DNA from: Patescibacteria group bacterium
Lineage (GTDB): Bacteria > Patescibacteriota > Minisyncoccia > Portnoybacterales > GWB1-42-6
Length of the DNA: 38,775 nucleotides
Direction of reading: 5' to 3'
Assembly: GCA_018818145.1 (NCBI GenBank)
Contig: JAHIST010000087.1
Location: forward strand, 1 to 38,775
The notes beneath the pieces were generated by a model. It worked only from the letters and a program-made list of their open reading frames with translations, did not search any database and had not been told where the DNA came from. A program made the translations under genes and the position numbers. The stretch's first letter is position 1, and every line of letters begins with the position of its first letter. Shown here piece by piece: positions 15,967-25,929 of this stretch.

Positions 15967-18681
15967 ATGGCTTATCGCAATGTTTTCAGCCAGATGTTTG
16001 ATGTACGTCCGTGTACGCAACTGGGCGGTTTAGATTTGGAACGGATAGAAAAAATCCAGCGCGTTTTAGATTTGGCACAAACAAAAGCGGGGCAGGAGCC
16101 GCAATTAAAAAGCGAGAAAGAATACGAAGCCAGGCGAGTTGTTGATTTGCGTGAAAAAATTGCCAAAAAGCTCCTGTTGGGAAATGCCGGAAAGCCGGTT
16201 CAGCCGCTTTCGCCCGACGAGCAAATTTTAAAATATCTGATTCCAGAAAAATCCATAGAGCCCCCTTCCTATAATCCCGAGATTTTGGAAAATTCTTATC
16301 CCACGCGCGAGGAAATTTTGGCGCAGTTGGAAGAAATTGAGCGGATTAATATTTATTTGCAAGAGCATAATTTTATTGATGAAGAAACAAAAGAACAGGT
16401 TGCGGAAGCAATAGACGAATCGCAAGACGAACTACTGAATATTTTGGCCCGGGTTAGCCCGGCGGATTTTGTAGAAGAACAGCAGATATCAAAAGTCATT
16501 GAAGAGGAGCCGGAAGAAATTGCTGTTTTCCGGCCAGTTCTGCCGTCTGAACCCTTGGCGGCCGAAGTTACGGTATCTGAAATTTCTGAATTGTTGCCAG
16601 CGGATCTGGCTGAACCCGGAAGCGCGCCCGAAAATAATATTTTTCAAGACGAGGCCGCGACGGAAATACCCGAACCATTAATTGCGCAAGAGCGAGATCA
16701 AAAACCGGAAGTCTGGGGATTTAGGCGCTCGGCCGTTGCCTTTATTAGCGCCGGCTGTTTGATATTTTTGGTAATTTTCGGTCTATCCTTAACCGGCCGG
16801 GGCTTGTCGGCAAAAGACAATATTTTAAGCTCCGGGCTTGAGGCTTACCGCGCAATGCTCGTTGGCAAGGAATCGGCCAGCCGGCTTGATTTTTCCGCGG
16901 CGCAGGCAAGCTTTTCTGCCGCTTATAGTAATTTTTTGCAGGCTGATCAGGAATTGGATAAAATGGGGCGCGCTCTTATTGTCGTGCTTGAACAGCTGCC
17001 CGGCGGCTCGCCGGTTGAATCTGGCTCTGCGTTAATTTCTGCCGGCAAAGATTTAGCTCAGGCGGCGCAGAGTTTTTCACGCATCGGCAGCTTAGTGGCA
17101 GTGCAAAAAATCGGAGACTATTTTTCTGGAAGCGGCGAATCTCTAACCCAAAAAGTCGCCCAAGCGCAAGGCGAACTTAAAATTGCGCAGGCTTATTTAG
17201 TTTCGGCTAACAATAATTTAAATAAAGTTAATGTTTCCGATTTGCCTTCTGATTTAGCACCTTCTGTTAGTTCGCTGAAAGAAAAATTGCCGGCAGTGGC
17301 AGCCGCAACCGCCGAGCTTGACCGCTGGAGCGGCGTTTTTTTGCAGGCCTTCGGGCATGAGCGCGTTCAAAAATACCTGCTTATCTTTCAAAATAACGCC
17401 GAAGCTCGAGCCACCGGTGGCTTTATCGGCACCTACGGCATTTTGGATTTGGACCAAGGACGGATAAAAAATCTTTTTATTGACGGCATTTTTAATTTAG
17501 ACGGCCAGCTTGACGAGAAGGTCGTGCCGCCTCGCCCAATCCAGAAAATTTCCACCGCCTGGTCAACGCACGACGCCAACTGGTTTCCCGATTGGCCGAC
17601 CTCAGCCAAAAAAATCATGGGTTTTTACGAAGCGGCCGGCGGCGGCGAAACCGTTGATGGCGTGATTTCTTTAACGCCTACGGTGGTGGAGCAGTTGCTG
17701 GCGCTGACCGGGCCGATAGATGTGCCGGAATTTAATTTGGCGCTGGACAAGGATAATTTTTCCGAGCTCATTCAGTATAAAGTGGAGTCTGACTATGATA
17801 AAGAGCTTAATCAGCCCAAAAAAATCTTGGCTGACTTTACGCCAAAATTTTTGGAGAAGCTCTGGGAAATCTGGCCGCAAAAATACGACGAAATTATTAC
17901 TATTGCCAGCAACGCTCTGGCCGAAAAACAAATCTTATTTTATTTTTCCGACCCGGCGCTGCAAGAAACTTTTGTGGAGCAGGGCTGGGCGGGCGAGGTG
18001 CTGCAAACCGACAAAGACTATTTGAGCGTGATTAATACCAACATCAATGGTTTCAAGACCGATAAAATGATTGAGCAGAAAATTTATCATAGCTCACAGG
18101 TTCAAAGCGACGGCTCAATTATTGATACGGTAAAAATTGTCAGAACGCACACGGGCGGCAAAAGCCTCTATGACTGGTATAACAAAGTCAACGCTAATTA
18201 TTTGCGAGTCTATGTGCCTCAAGGAAGCCAGCTTTTGTCGGCACAAGGCCACACGCGCGAGACCTACAGCGCGCCGGCTGATTATCAAAAATTGAATTTT
18301 AAAACCGATCCGGATGTAGCCGCCGAGGAGCAAGGAATGACGATTGATTCAAATTCGGGGACTCAAATTTTCACCGAATCTGGCAAAACCGTTTTTGGCA
18401 ACTGGGTTTATGTCAGCCCGAGCAAAACGGTTGAGGTAACTTATAGATATCTGCTGCCTTTTAAACTGAATTTGGGCGCTGACAGCTTCAGCTATAGTTT
18501 GCTGGCGCAAAAACAAGCGGGGAGTATAATGGATAGCGGTTTTGAAAGTATTTTAGAATTGCCGCAGGAATTCAAGATTGGCTGGCAGTATCCGGAAAAC
18601 TTGCAAATCTCCGGCTCACAAATTAAATTCAGCGGGAGCTTGAAGACGGATAAGTTTTATGGAGTGGTGTTTGCCAGGTAG
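15967..18681 (+). CDS. DUF4012 domain protein (904 aa, membrane-anchored, acidic N-terminal region)
   Basis: There is a TM segment (AVAFISAGCLIFLVIFGLSL). FQNNAEARATGGFIGTYGILDLDQGRI matches the remembered DUF4012 signature (QNNAE-x-R-x-x-GG). Confidence 0.7.
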   Translation: MAYRNVFSQMFDVRPCTQLGGLDLERIEKIQRVLDLAQTKAGQEPQLKSEKEYEARRVVDLREKIAKKLLLGNAGKPVQPLSPDEQILKYLIPEKSIEPPSYNPEILENSYPTREEILAQLEEIERINIYLQEHNFIDEETKEQVAEAIDESQDELLNILARVSPADFVEEQQISKVIEEEPEEIAVFRPVLPSEPLAAEVTVSEISELLPADLAEPGSAPENNIFQDEAATEIPEPLIAQERDQKPEVWGFRRSAVAFISAGCLIFLVIFGLSLTGRGLSAKDNILSSGLEAYRAMLVGKESASRLDFSAAQASFSAAYSNFLQADQELDKMGRALIVVLEQLPGGSPVESGSALISAGKDLAQAAQSFSRIGSLVAVQKIGDYFSGSGESLTQKVAQAQGELKIAQAYLVSANNNLNKVNVSDLPSDLAPSVSSLKEKLPAVAAATAELDRWSGVFLQAFGHERVQKYLLIFQNNAEARATGGFIGTYGILDLDQGRIKNLFIDGIFNLDGQLDEKVVPPRPIQKISTAWSTHDANWFPDWPTSAKKIMGFYEAAGGGETVDGVISLTPTVVEQLLALTGPIDVPEFNLALDKDNFSELIQYKVESDYDKELNQPKKILADFTPKFLEKLWEIWPQKYDEIITIASNALAEKQILFYFSDPALQETFVEQGWAGEVLQTDKDYLSVINTNINGFKTDKMIEQKIYHSSQVQSDGSIIDTVKIVRTHTGGKSLYDWYNKVNANYLRVYVPQGSQLLSAQGHTRETYSAPADYQKLNFKTDPDVAAEEQGMTIDSNSGTQIFTESGKTVFGNWVYVSPSKTVEVTYRYLLPFKLNLGADSFSYSLLAQKQAGSIMDSGFESILELPQEFKIGWQYPENLQISGSQIKFSGSLKTDKFYGVVFAR

Positions 18682-18715
18682 GGATGCCGTTTAGCGGGGT
18701 TACTACCTGGTTTGT

Positions 18716-20356
18716 ATGTTAATGTGGAAATTTTTTAATAATAAAATTCTCAACGGTCTCAACGGCCAGTCGCAGACCATAACCTCGGCTGCGATAATTT
18801 TGGCGGTGGCTTCGCTGGCCAGCCGGTTTTTGGGTTTGATTCGCGACCGGCTGCTGGCCGGCCAGTTTGGCGCGGGCGACACATTAGATATTTACTACGC
18901 CGCTTTTCGCATTCCCGATTTGGTTTATAATCTTCTGATTTTAGGCGCGCTATCGGCTGGTTTTATTCCGGTTTTTGTCAGCCTGTGGCAAAAGGGCGAG
19001 CGCGATGAAAAAGCTTGGCAATTTGTGAACAGCATTTTGAATATTTTGCTGGTGGGACTCATCATTTTGGGCGGACTTTTTTTTATTTTCGCGCCCTACT
19101 TGATGAAGCTAATCACGCCCGGATTTAGCGGAGAAAAATTTAATTTGACCGTGCAGCTGACCCGGATTATGTTTTTGAGCCCTTTGCTTTTAGGGATCAG
19201 CGGGATTTGGGGAGGGGTTTTACAAAGTTTAAAAAGATTTTTCGTTTTTTCACTCGCCCCGATTTTTTATAATTTAGGCATAATTTTTGGCATTTTGTTT
19301 TTGGTGCCGCGTTTTGGGATTTACGGATTGGCTTATGGCGTAGTTTTGGGCGCATTTTTGCATATGGTGATTCAACTGCCAACGCTTTTAAGCTTAGGTT
19401 TCCGTTGGCGGCCGGTTTTCAACTGGGCCGACGAAGGAATGCGGCGGCTGACAAAACTTATGGTGCCCCGCACTTTAACCCTGGCTGTTTCGCAGTTGAA
19501 TTTCGTGGCTATCACTATTTTGGCTTCAGGCCTGGCGGCCGGCAGTTTGGCGGTTTTTAATTTGTCTTTTAATATCTGGAGTTTTCCCTTGGGGATTTTA
19601 GCTGCCTCTCTGGCCATCGCCGCTTTTCCAATATTGTCGCAAAACGCGGCAACGAAAGACCGGCAGGCTTTTGCCAAAACTTTTTCGGTAACTTTTCGGC
19701 AAATTTTATTTTTAATTATTCCGGCCAGCGCTCTATTTATTGTGTTGCGCGCCCAAATCGTGCGCGTTGTTTTGGGAACGGGTAAGTTTGACTGGACAGA
19801 TACTATTTTAACTTTTCAGTCTTTGCAATATTTGACTTTGGGGCTTTTTGCCGAAGCGTTGATTTTGCTTTTAATTCGCGGATTTTTTGCGCTGGAGGAC
19901 ACCAAAACGCCTTTCTGGTTGGGTTTATTTAGTTCGGCGGTGCGGATTTTTGGCGCCTGGATTTTTGCGGCCTATCTGGGTGTGCCCGGCCTGGCCCTGG
20001 GTTATGCGCTCGGCGGCGTGGCCTATCTGATTTTGCTTTGGATATTTTTGGAAAGAAAAGTGGGGGATTTGAATTTTAGGGAAATTTTAAACAGCGGGCT
20101 CAAAATATTTTTAGCTTCTTTTTTGGCCGGCATGGCTGCTTATTTAATGTTGCAAGTAATGGATAAATTTGTGAACACTCATAAGGTTTTGGGCATTTTT
20201 GCGCAAGGACTGGCAGCCGGCATAGTTGGAATAATTGTTTATTTTTTAGCCGGTCTGATTTTGCGCTCGCAGGAGATGTGGGCATTTTACCGTTCGCTCA
20301 AAAATCGCCTGCCTTTCAAAACCGTCGCGCCGGATAAGGAATTAATTCAGGAATAA
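18716..20356 (+). CDS. murJ: Lipid II flippase MurJ/MviN family
   Basis: SRFLGLIRDRLLAGQFGAGDTLDIYYAAFRIPDLVYNLLILGALSAGFIPVF is the canonical MurJ N-terminus. The protein is polytopic throughout. Confidence 0.85.
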   Translation: MLMWKFFNNKILNGLNGQSQTITSAAIILAVASLASRFLGLIRDRLLAGQFGAGDTLDIYYAAFRIPDLVYNLLILGALSAGFIPVFVSLWQKGERDEKAWQFVNSILNILLVGLIILGGLFFIFAPYLMKLITPGFSGEKFNLTVQLTRIMFLSPLLLGISGIWGGVLQSLKRFFVFSLAPIFYNLGIIFGILFLVPRFGIYGLAYGVVLGAFLHMVIQLPTLLSLGFRWRPVFNWADEGMRRLTKLMVPRTLTLAVSQLNFVAITILASGLAAGSLAVFNLSFNIWSFPLGILAASLAIAAFPILSQNAATKDRQAFAKTFSVTFRQILFLIIPASALFIVLRAQIVRVVLGTGKFDWTDTILTFQSLQYLTLGLFAEALILLLIRGFFALEDTKTPFWLGLFSSAVRIFGAWIFAAYLGVPGLALGYALGGVAYLILLWIFLERKVGDLNFREILNSGLKIFLASFLAGMAAYLMLQVMDKFVNTHKVLGIFAQGLAAGIVGIIVYFLAGLILRSQEMWAFYRSLKNRLPFKTVAPDKELIQE

Positions 20357-20430
20357 AATTATAATTAATATTAAAATTTTAAACATGCGGGTGGTGCAAA
20401 AGCAAAATTTTACATCATGCGTAAAAATAT

Positions 20431-23400
20431 ATGCCAAATCAAGATTTAAATAAATTTATAAAAGAAGCTTTAGCTTCCGGTAAAACGCTGGAAAATATCA
20501 AGACTGAGCTAACGGGCACGGGATGGGATGAAAAGGAAATTAGCGCCGCGACAAAAGAATTTATAAATCCAGCGGGCGATTTTTTTCATAAGAATAAAAA
20601 ATTACTTATATTTTTTGGGATAATCGCTGTACTTATCGCTGCGGGAATTTTAGGATGGTATCTTTATCCCAATTTTCAAAAACCAGCGCAGGCAAAATTT
20701 AGTCTTGAAGCGGTCAATGGCGACCAGGTTGGAATTGAACCCCAAACAACTTTTTTACTGAAAAGTTCGGAAAATATTTCTGAATCCGACGTGAAAAAAA
20801 TCGTGAAATTTGATCCGGAGATAGCCTTTAGCGTTAAAAAAATAAAATCGGTCCTAGGAGCTATTACCGAAACGATTCAGGCTAAAGCAGTCTATGAAAT
20901 AAAACCGCAGGATTCTTTGGCGCAAAGGCAGGTTTACCAGGTAAAAATTAATGACTCCGATTTTGCCGAGCACGAATACGGCTGGGCGTTTCAAACAAAG
21001 GCGGTTTTTCAGGTAACCCAAACGCATCCCAGAGACAAAGCGACAAGCGTTCCTTTAAATTCCGGCATTGAGATTATTTTTAACCGGGATAATCCGATCG
21101 GTCCAGAAAATAATTTTGAAATAAGTCCCAAAGTTGACGGTACCTTTGAAATAAACAGAAACAATACTTTAGTTTTCCTGCCAAAAAATTTGACTGCGGG
21201 AACGGTTTACACTATAACCATCAAGAAAGGATTAAGGGCTCAAAACACAGACGATACTTTGGTTGAAGATTTTTCTTTTGCTTTTGAGACCGGCTCTGGA
21301 AATTATGGAGAATATTCGTATTTCAGCTTTTCTGAAAATTTAATTGATTCTCTCCCGGAAATTAAACCGAGTCTTCAGATTTATTCCTATAATATTAATT
21401 TGGAAAATTTAAAGGCTAATGTTTATAGGTTCCCCGGGGCTGACGCATTCTTAAAATCTTATGTGGATAGCAGAAATTGGAATTGGTATTGGACAAATTA
21501 TTATTGGAAGGCTGGCAAAAACGATATCCCAAGTAACACTCAAAAAGTCGTATCTTTTAGGCCGGAAATTTCCACGGTTCAATATAATAATTTTTTTGAA
21601 ATTCCGCAGGTACTTGATGCGGGTTTTTACTTGGTAGATGTTGAATATTCCGGGGGACGACATGAACAGGCCTGGCTTCAGATAAATCCGCTTTCTCGTT
21701 ATTTTTCTGTAAGTCCAGATAAGAGTTTTGTCTGGATTCAGGATTTTAATAAAAAAGAGCCGCAAAAGGATGTAAAAATTAGCTATGTCGGCGGGGGCGA
21801 AGAAAAAAATTTAGGCGTGACCAATCAGGACGGATTGCTGGAATTTGCGACTCCCGATTCGCTAAAAAATCAGGACATAAAAGATTTTAAACCTAAATTC
21901 TTCAAAGCTCAAAAAAGCGGATTACCCGAGTTTCTAATCGCCATCACCGACCGCTGGGGGTATCGCTCAAGTGTTTCCCAGGGGAATCTTTACTGGAATT
22001 ATATTTCTACCGATCGCGCGGTATATCAGATATCGGATTCAATCAAATATTGGGGCGTAGCTAAGGGCCGCCAGTCTGACATAAAAGAAAAGATGGTGAA
22101 TGTCGGGCTTTACTCTTATGGATATTATTTTTATGGCTACGATTCTTCGCAAGATATCCCGGTTGTTTCGCAGGACGTTTTAGTTTCTCAATTTGATACG
22201 GTTGAAGGCGAGCTGAATTTTAAAGGGCTTTCCCCCGGCTATTATGTTTTGCAGGTTAAAAACGGCAAAAACATAATTTCATCCGTTTCGGTTGAGATTA
22301 TGACTTATACCAAGCCGGCTTATGAAATCAAAATTACCCCTTCTAAAGAGGCTGCGTATGCCGGCGAAAACATTATTTTCCGCGTTGCGGCCAATTTTTT
22401 TGACGGAACGCCAGTATCTAAGCTGCGTTTGAAATACTCCGGTTACTGGGATTCGTCTTTTAGCGGAGAATTAATATTAAATGGAAACGGCGAAGGGGAA
22501 GTGACTTATACGCCGCAATATATAGAAACAGACAGTTTTTATTATCCCAGAAGCCTTGAATTGACATTTCAGCCGGTTTTATCAGAGGAGGGAGAAATTT
22601 GGGGCAGCGCCAGCGTTTTGGTCTTTGGTCCGAATATTTATTTGCAGGCATTCCAAGAAAATCAGTCCGGAGACAATTATAAAATTACTGCCAAGACAAA
22701 CAGAATTGACATAATCAAGGGTTCAATTTCAGAAAATAATTATCAGCCGGAATATATCGGTGAGCCGGCTTCTAATTTTACGCTTTCGGCAGAGTTAATT
22801 AAAACGGTTTATGTCAGCCGGGAAACGGGTCAGTATTACGATCCGATTAATAAGGTTGTCAGAAAAATTTATGATTACAGCTCCTATGACCAAAGTATTG
22901 AGCAGTTTTCGGGGCAGACGAACAGCTCCGGCGAGTGGATTTTTACCAAAACCGTGCCGCAGGAACAAAATGCCAGCTATAGAATGATTTTTTCCGGGCA
23001 TGATAATCAGGGCAGAAGAGTCAAGCAAACTGTCTATTTTTACCGGCCATATTATAACGAATCTTCCGACTTCTCAATTTCCCTGAAGGGTAACAAGGCA
23101 GATAACGAGGAATATTCCATCGGTGAGAAGATAAATCTTGAGACAAAAATAGAGCGGGGCGACAAACCCGCTAATCCAAAGATTTTATATTACAGATTTA
23201 AAAACAGCATTGAAGAGGTTTTTGTTTCGGGCAATTATCAGATTCAGGAGGAATTTGGGACGGATTTTGTGCCTTCGGAACAATATATGGCGGTAATGCT
23301 TGGTCCCAGTGGTTTTGTGGAGACTAATTCTGTTATGATTCCTTTCAAAAAAAGCGACCGGAAGCTGAATATCCAAATCAACCCCGACAAAGAAAGCTAT

Positions 23401-25908
23401 CGGCCGGGCGATCAAATAAAAATTTCTTTAACAATAAAGGATAAAGACGGCAAACCGGTTTCGGCTCAAGTTAATGTCGCGGCAGTGGATGAAGCACTTT
23501 TTCATATTCTGTCTTATAACTGGCGCCAGGATATTCTAATCGGACTTTATCAGCGTATTTATAATATGCCTCTTTCTAATGGTTCTCAATACAATTTACT
23601 CAAAACTGAGGGTGCTGAAAGTGGCGGCTGTTTCGCCGCTGGCACGCAAGTTTTAATGGCGGACAAAAGCTCTAAGCCGATTGAAGAAATAAAAATCGGA
23701 GATAAAATTACCACCTTTACCAGCGAAAAAGATCATAATTTAAAGTCGGCAATCGTTCAGGGAATTTCTGTTCACAAGGTGGAGGGCTATCTGATTATTA
23801 ACGGTCGTCTCAAAGTCACGCCGGAACATAAAATATTTTTGAATGGCGCATGGAATTATGCCGGTGTGGCCAAGGCGGGCGACGAGCTAATTACGAGCAA
23901 AGGACAAAAAGAAAAAATTAATTTCCTTGTGTTTGAAAAAAAACAGACTTTTGTTTATAACATAGTGGTTGATTCGCACCATACCTATTTCGCTGACGGC
24001 CTTTATGTTCATAATGCCGAAAAAGGAGGCGCCAGGACGAATTTTGTTGATTTAGCTTTATTTCAAACGCTAAAAGCTGACGGCGGCCAGGCCCAGATAA
24101 GCTTTAAGGCTCCGGACAATATCACAAGCTGGCGTACAACTGTGCTGGCTTACGATTCGGACGGAATGAAGGCCGGTCAGTCGGAAAAATTAATTAAAGT
24201 TTCTTTGCCATATTTCGTGGATGCTGTCCTTGGCAGTTACTATCTTGAAGGCGATAATCCTTACTTGCGGCTGCGCTCTTTTGGCACCGATTATAATTTT
24301 TCAGAACCGGTTGATTATTCAATAACCTGTGAAGCTTTGTCTTTTAACCAAAGTCAGATAAGCAAGGACAATAGTGTTTATATTCCGCTTGGCAAACTGA
24401 AAGAGGGTGAATATGATTTTACGATTTCGGGAAAACAAAATAAGCTTCAGGACTCGCTGGTAAGAAGTATCAAAGTTCTGAAAACATTTTTTCAACAACC
24501 ACAAACTGCTGTTTATCCGCTTTCAGAAGACCTTTCTAATTTAGAAGGCAACAGCGACGGATTTACAAAGTTAGTTTTTATGGATCAGGGCAAGGGGAAA
24601 TTTTATAAATCTTTGCGCGAGAATTCTTATGGGGACGGAATCAGATCCGACCAGTCAACAGCGGCTTTTTTCTCTCAAAAAATATTAGCCGATTATTTTG
24701 ACCAAAAACCACCAGAGAACAATTTAGATTTGAGCGGCTATCAGGTGCCAGATGGCGGATTGGCTTTGTTTCCTTACGGCGATAGCGACCTTGAGCTTTC
24801 GGCAAAGCTTGCTGATTTGGCGCCTGACTATGTTTTTCAGGATCAGCTGGCAAAATATTTTTATGCTTCTTTGAACGACAAAAAAACCGATATTCACCGT
24901 ATCGCCAAAGCGCTTTACGGCTTAGCGGGATTAAGAGAGCCGGTTCTGAATAAAATTTATAGCGTCAAAGACAGCAGCGACTTGAATTTTGAAGATAAAA
25001 TTTATGTCGCTTTGGCTCTAGCCAGATTGGGAGATAAAGAAAATGCGCGCCAGATTTATGAAGCCCAAATTAGGCCGCAGGTGCGTTTTCAGGGGTCGGA
25101 AGCTTGGCTGGCGGAGGAAACTGACCAGACAAAGCAAGTTAAGCTTACTTCAGCTATTGCTGTTTTGGCCGCGCATCTAGATTCGGGCGACACTGATCCC
25201 CTGTGGAATTATATCTCCAAACACTACCCAATAAGGGATCTAAACATAATTGAACAAATTATTGTAGCTCAAAATGAGCTGCCAAAATTCCAAAAACAAC
25301 AAGCCGAGTTTTCGTACGAAGCCGGAAACAAAAAGGGACAGGTGAAACTTCAGAATGGAAAAACTTTTACACTCAATCTTTCCAAAGAAGAGCTTAATTC
25401 AATCAAATTTTCCGGAATAGAAGGGGACATCAGCGCAGCCAGTTTTTATGAAAAATACACTAATTCAGACGAGCTGACAAAAAATCGGGAACTGAGCTTA
25501 GACCGGCAGTACTTGGTTAACAGCGTTACGACCAATTCATTCCCAGAGGGCAGTATTGTGCTGGTCAGATTAACGCCGAAATTTGCAGCAACGGCTATGG
25601 ACGGTCCTTATCAGATAATTGATTATCTGCCGGTGGGCTTACGGCCGATTACCCAACTTTATAAAGCGGGATTAGGATACGGTTGGGATTTGTGCGATAC
25701 GACTTGGTATCCGACGAAGATTGTCAATAACGCCGTTTACTTTAATATTTCAAAAGATTTCAACGGTAAATGTTCCCAGCGGACCTTAAATTATTACGCC
25801 CGCGTCGTTTCCAAGGGGGATTTTCAGGCAAACCCGGCGATAATTCAATCATTAAAAGACTTGGAAAGCTTAAATGTTTCGGCCAAAGATGATGTAAGCA
25901 TAAAATAG
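20431..25908 (+). CDS. Alpha-2-macroglobulin-like giant surface protein (1825 aa), thioester-less, with an embedded Hint domain
   Basis: An N-terminal TM anchor follows a ~55-aa cytoplasmic head. Repeated beta-rich (MG-like) segments are present. VNVAAVDEALFHIL is the A2M_N_2-type motif. RTNFVDLALFQ...APDNITSWRTTVLAYDSDG is the A2M-domain motif (compare human RKYFPETWIW...PDTITEWKA). There is no CxEQ anywhere: the protein has only 4 Cys, none in a CxEQ context. Confidence 0.8.
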   Translation: MPNQDLNKFIKEALASGKTLENIKTELTGTGWDEKEISAATKEFINPAGDFFHKNKKLLIFFGIIAVLIAAGILGWYLYPNFQKPAQAKFSLEAVNGDQVGIEPQTTFLLKSSENISESDVKKIVKFDPEIAFSVKKIKSVLGAITETIQAKAVYEIKPQDSLAQRQVYQVKINDSDFAEHEYGWAFQTKAVFQVTQTHPRDKATSVPLNSGIEIIFNRDNPIGPENNFEISPKVDGTFEINRNNTLVFLPKNLTAGTVYTITIKKGLRAQNTDDTLVEDFSFAFETGSGNYGEYSYFSFSENLIDSLPEIKPSLQIYSYNINLENLKANVYRFPGADAFLKSYVDSRNWNWYWTNYYWKAGKNDIPSNTQKVVSFRPEISTVQYNNFFEIPQVLDAGFYLVDVEYSGGRHEQAWLQINPLSRYFSVSPDKSFVWIQDFNKKEPQKDVKISYVGGGEEKNLGVTNQDGLLEFATPDSLKNQDIKDFKPKFFKAQKSGLPEFLIAITDRWGYRSSVSQGNLYWNYISTDRAVYQISDSIKYWGVAKGRQSDIKEKMVNVGLYSYGYYFYGYDSSQDIPVVSQDVLVSQFDTVEGELNFKGLSPGYYVLQVKNGKNIISSVSVEIMTYTKPAYEIKITPSKEAAYAGENIIFRVAANFFDGTPVSKLRLKYSGYWDSSFSGELILNGNGEGEVTYTPQYIETDSFYYPRSLELTFQPVLSEEGEIWGSASVLVFGPNIYLQAFQENQSGDNYKITAKTNRIDIIKGSISENNYQPEYIGEPASNFTLSAELIKTVYVSRETGQYYDPINKVVRKIYDYSSYDQSIEQFSGQTNSSGEWIFTKTVPQEQNASYRMIFSGHDNQGRRVKQTVYFYRPYYNESSDFSISLKGNKADNEEYSIGEKINLETKIERGDKPANPKILYYRFKNSIEEVFVSGNYQIQEEFGTDFVPSEQYMAVMLGPSGFVETNSVMIPFKKSDRKLNIQINPDKESYRPGDQIKISLTIKDKDGKPVSAQVNVAAVDEALFHILSYNWRQDILIGLYQRIYNMPLSNGSQYNLLKTEGAESGGCFAAGTQVLMADKSSKPIEEIKIGDKITTFTSEKDHNLKSAIVQGISVHKVEGYLIINGRLKVTPEHKIFLNGAWNYAGVAKAGDELITSKGQKEKINFLVFEKKQTFVYNIVVDSHHTYFADGLYVHNAEKGGARTNFVDLALFQTLKADGGQAQISFKAPDNITSWRTTVLAYDSDGMKAGQSEKLIKVSLPYFVDAVLGSYYLEGDNPYLRLRSFGTDYNFSEPVDYSITCEALSFNQSQISKDNSVYIPLGKLKEGEYDFTISGKQNKLQDSLVRSIKVLKTFFQQPQTAVYPLSEDLSNLEGNSDGFTKLVFMDQGKGKFYKSLRENSYGDGIRSDQSTAAFFSQKILADYFDQKPPENNLDLSGYQVPDGGLALFPYGDSDLELSAKLADLAPDYVFQDQLAKYFYASLNDKKTDIHRIAKALYGLAGLREPVLNKIYSVKDSSDLNFEDKIYVALALARLGDKENARQIYEAQIRPQVRFQGSEAWLAEETDQTKQVKLTSAIAVLAAHLDSGDTDPLWNYISKHYPIRDLNIIEQIIVAQNELPKFQKQQAEFSYEAGNKKGQVKLQNGKTFTLNLSKEELNSIKFSGIEGDISAASFYEKYTNSDELTKNRELSLDRQYLVNSVTTNSFPEGSIVLVRLTPKFAATAMDGPYQIIDYLPVGLRPITQLYKAGLGYGWDLCDTTWYPTKIVNNAVYFNISKDFNGKCSQRTLNYYARVVSKGDFQANPAIIQSLKDLESLNVSAKDDVSIK
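23629..24015 (+). other. Hint / bacterial-intein-like domain (residues 1067-1195 of the A2M-like protein)
   Basis: Block A is CFAAGTQVLMADKS, block B is VTPEHKIF (T-x-x-H), and blocks F/G are VYNIVVDSHHTYFADGLYVHN. It is 129 aa with no endonuclease insert. The residue after HN is Ala. Confidence 0.8.
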
Positions 25909-25929
25909 AATTTTAGAATTTCCAATTTT

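Noticed and set aside
23629-24015. Canonical self-splicing mini-intein
   Set aside because: The +1 residue after HN is Ala rather than Cys/Ser/Thr, and the host site is a variable linker rather than a conserved active site. It is therefore treated as a BIL/Hint-type domain.
20431-25908. Thioester (CxEQ) site in the A2M-like protein
   Set aside because: I searched the translation. There are only four Cys (GGCFAAG, ITCEAL, DLCDTT, GKCSQR) and none is in a CxEQ context.
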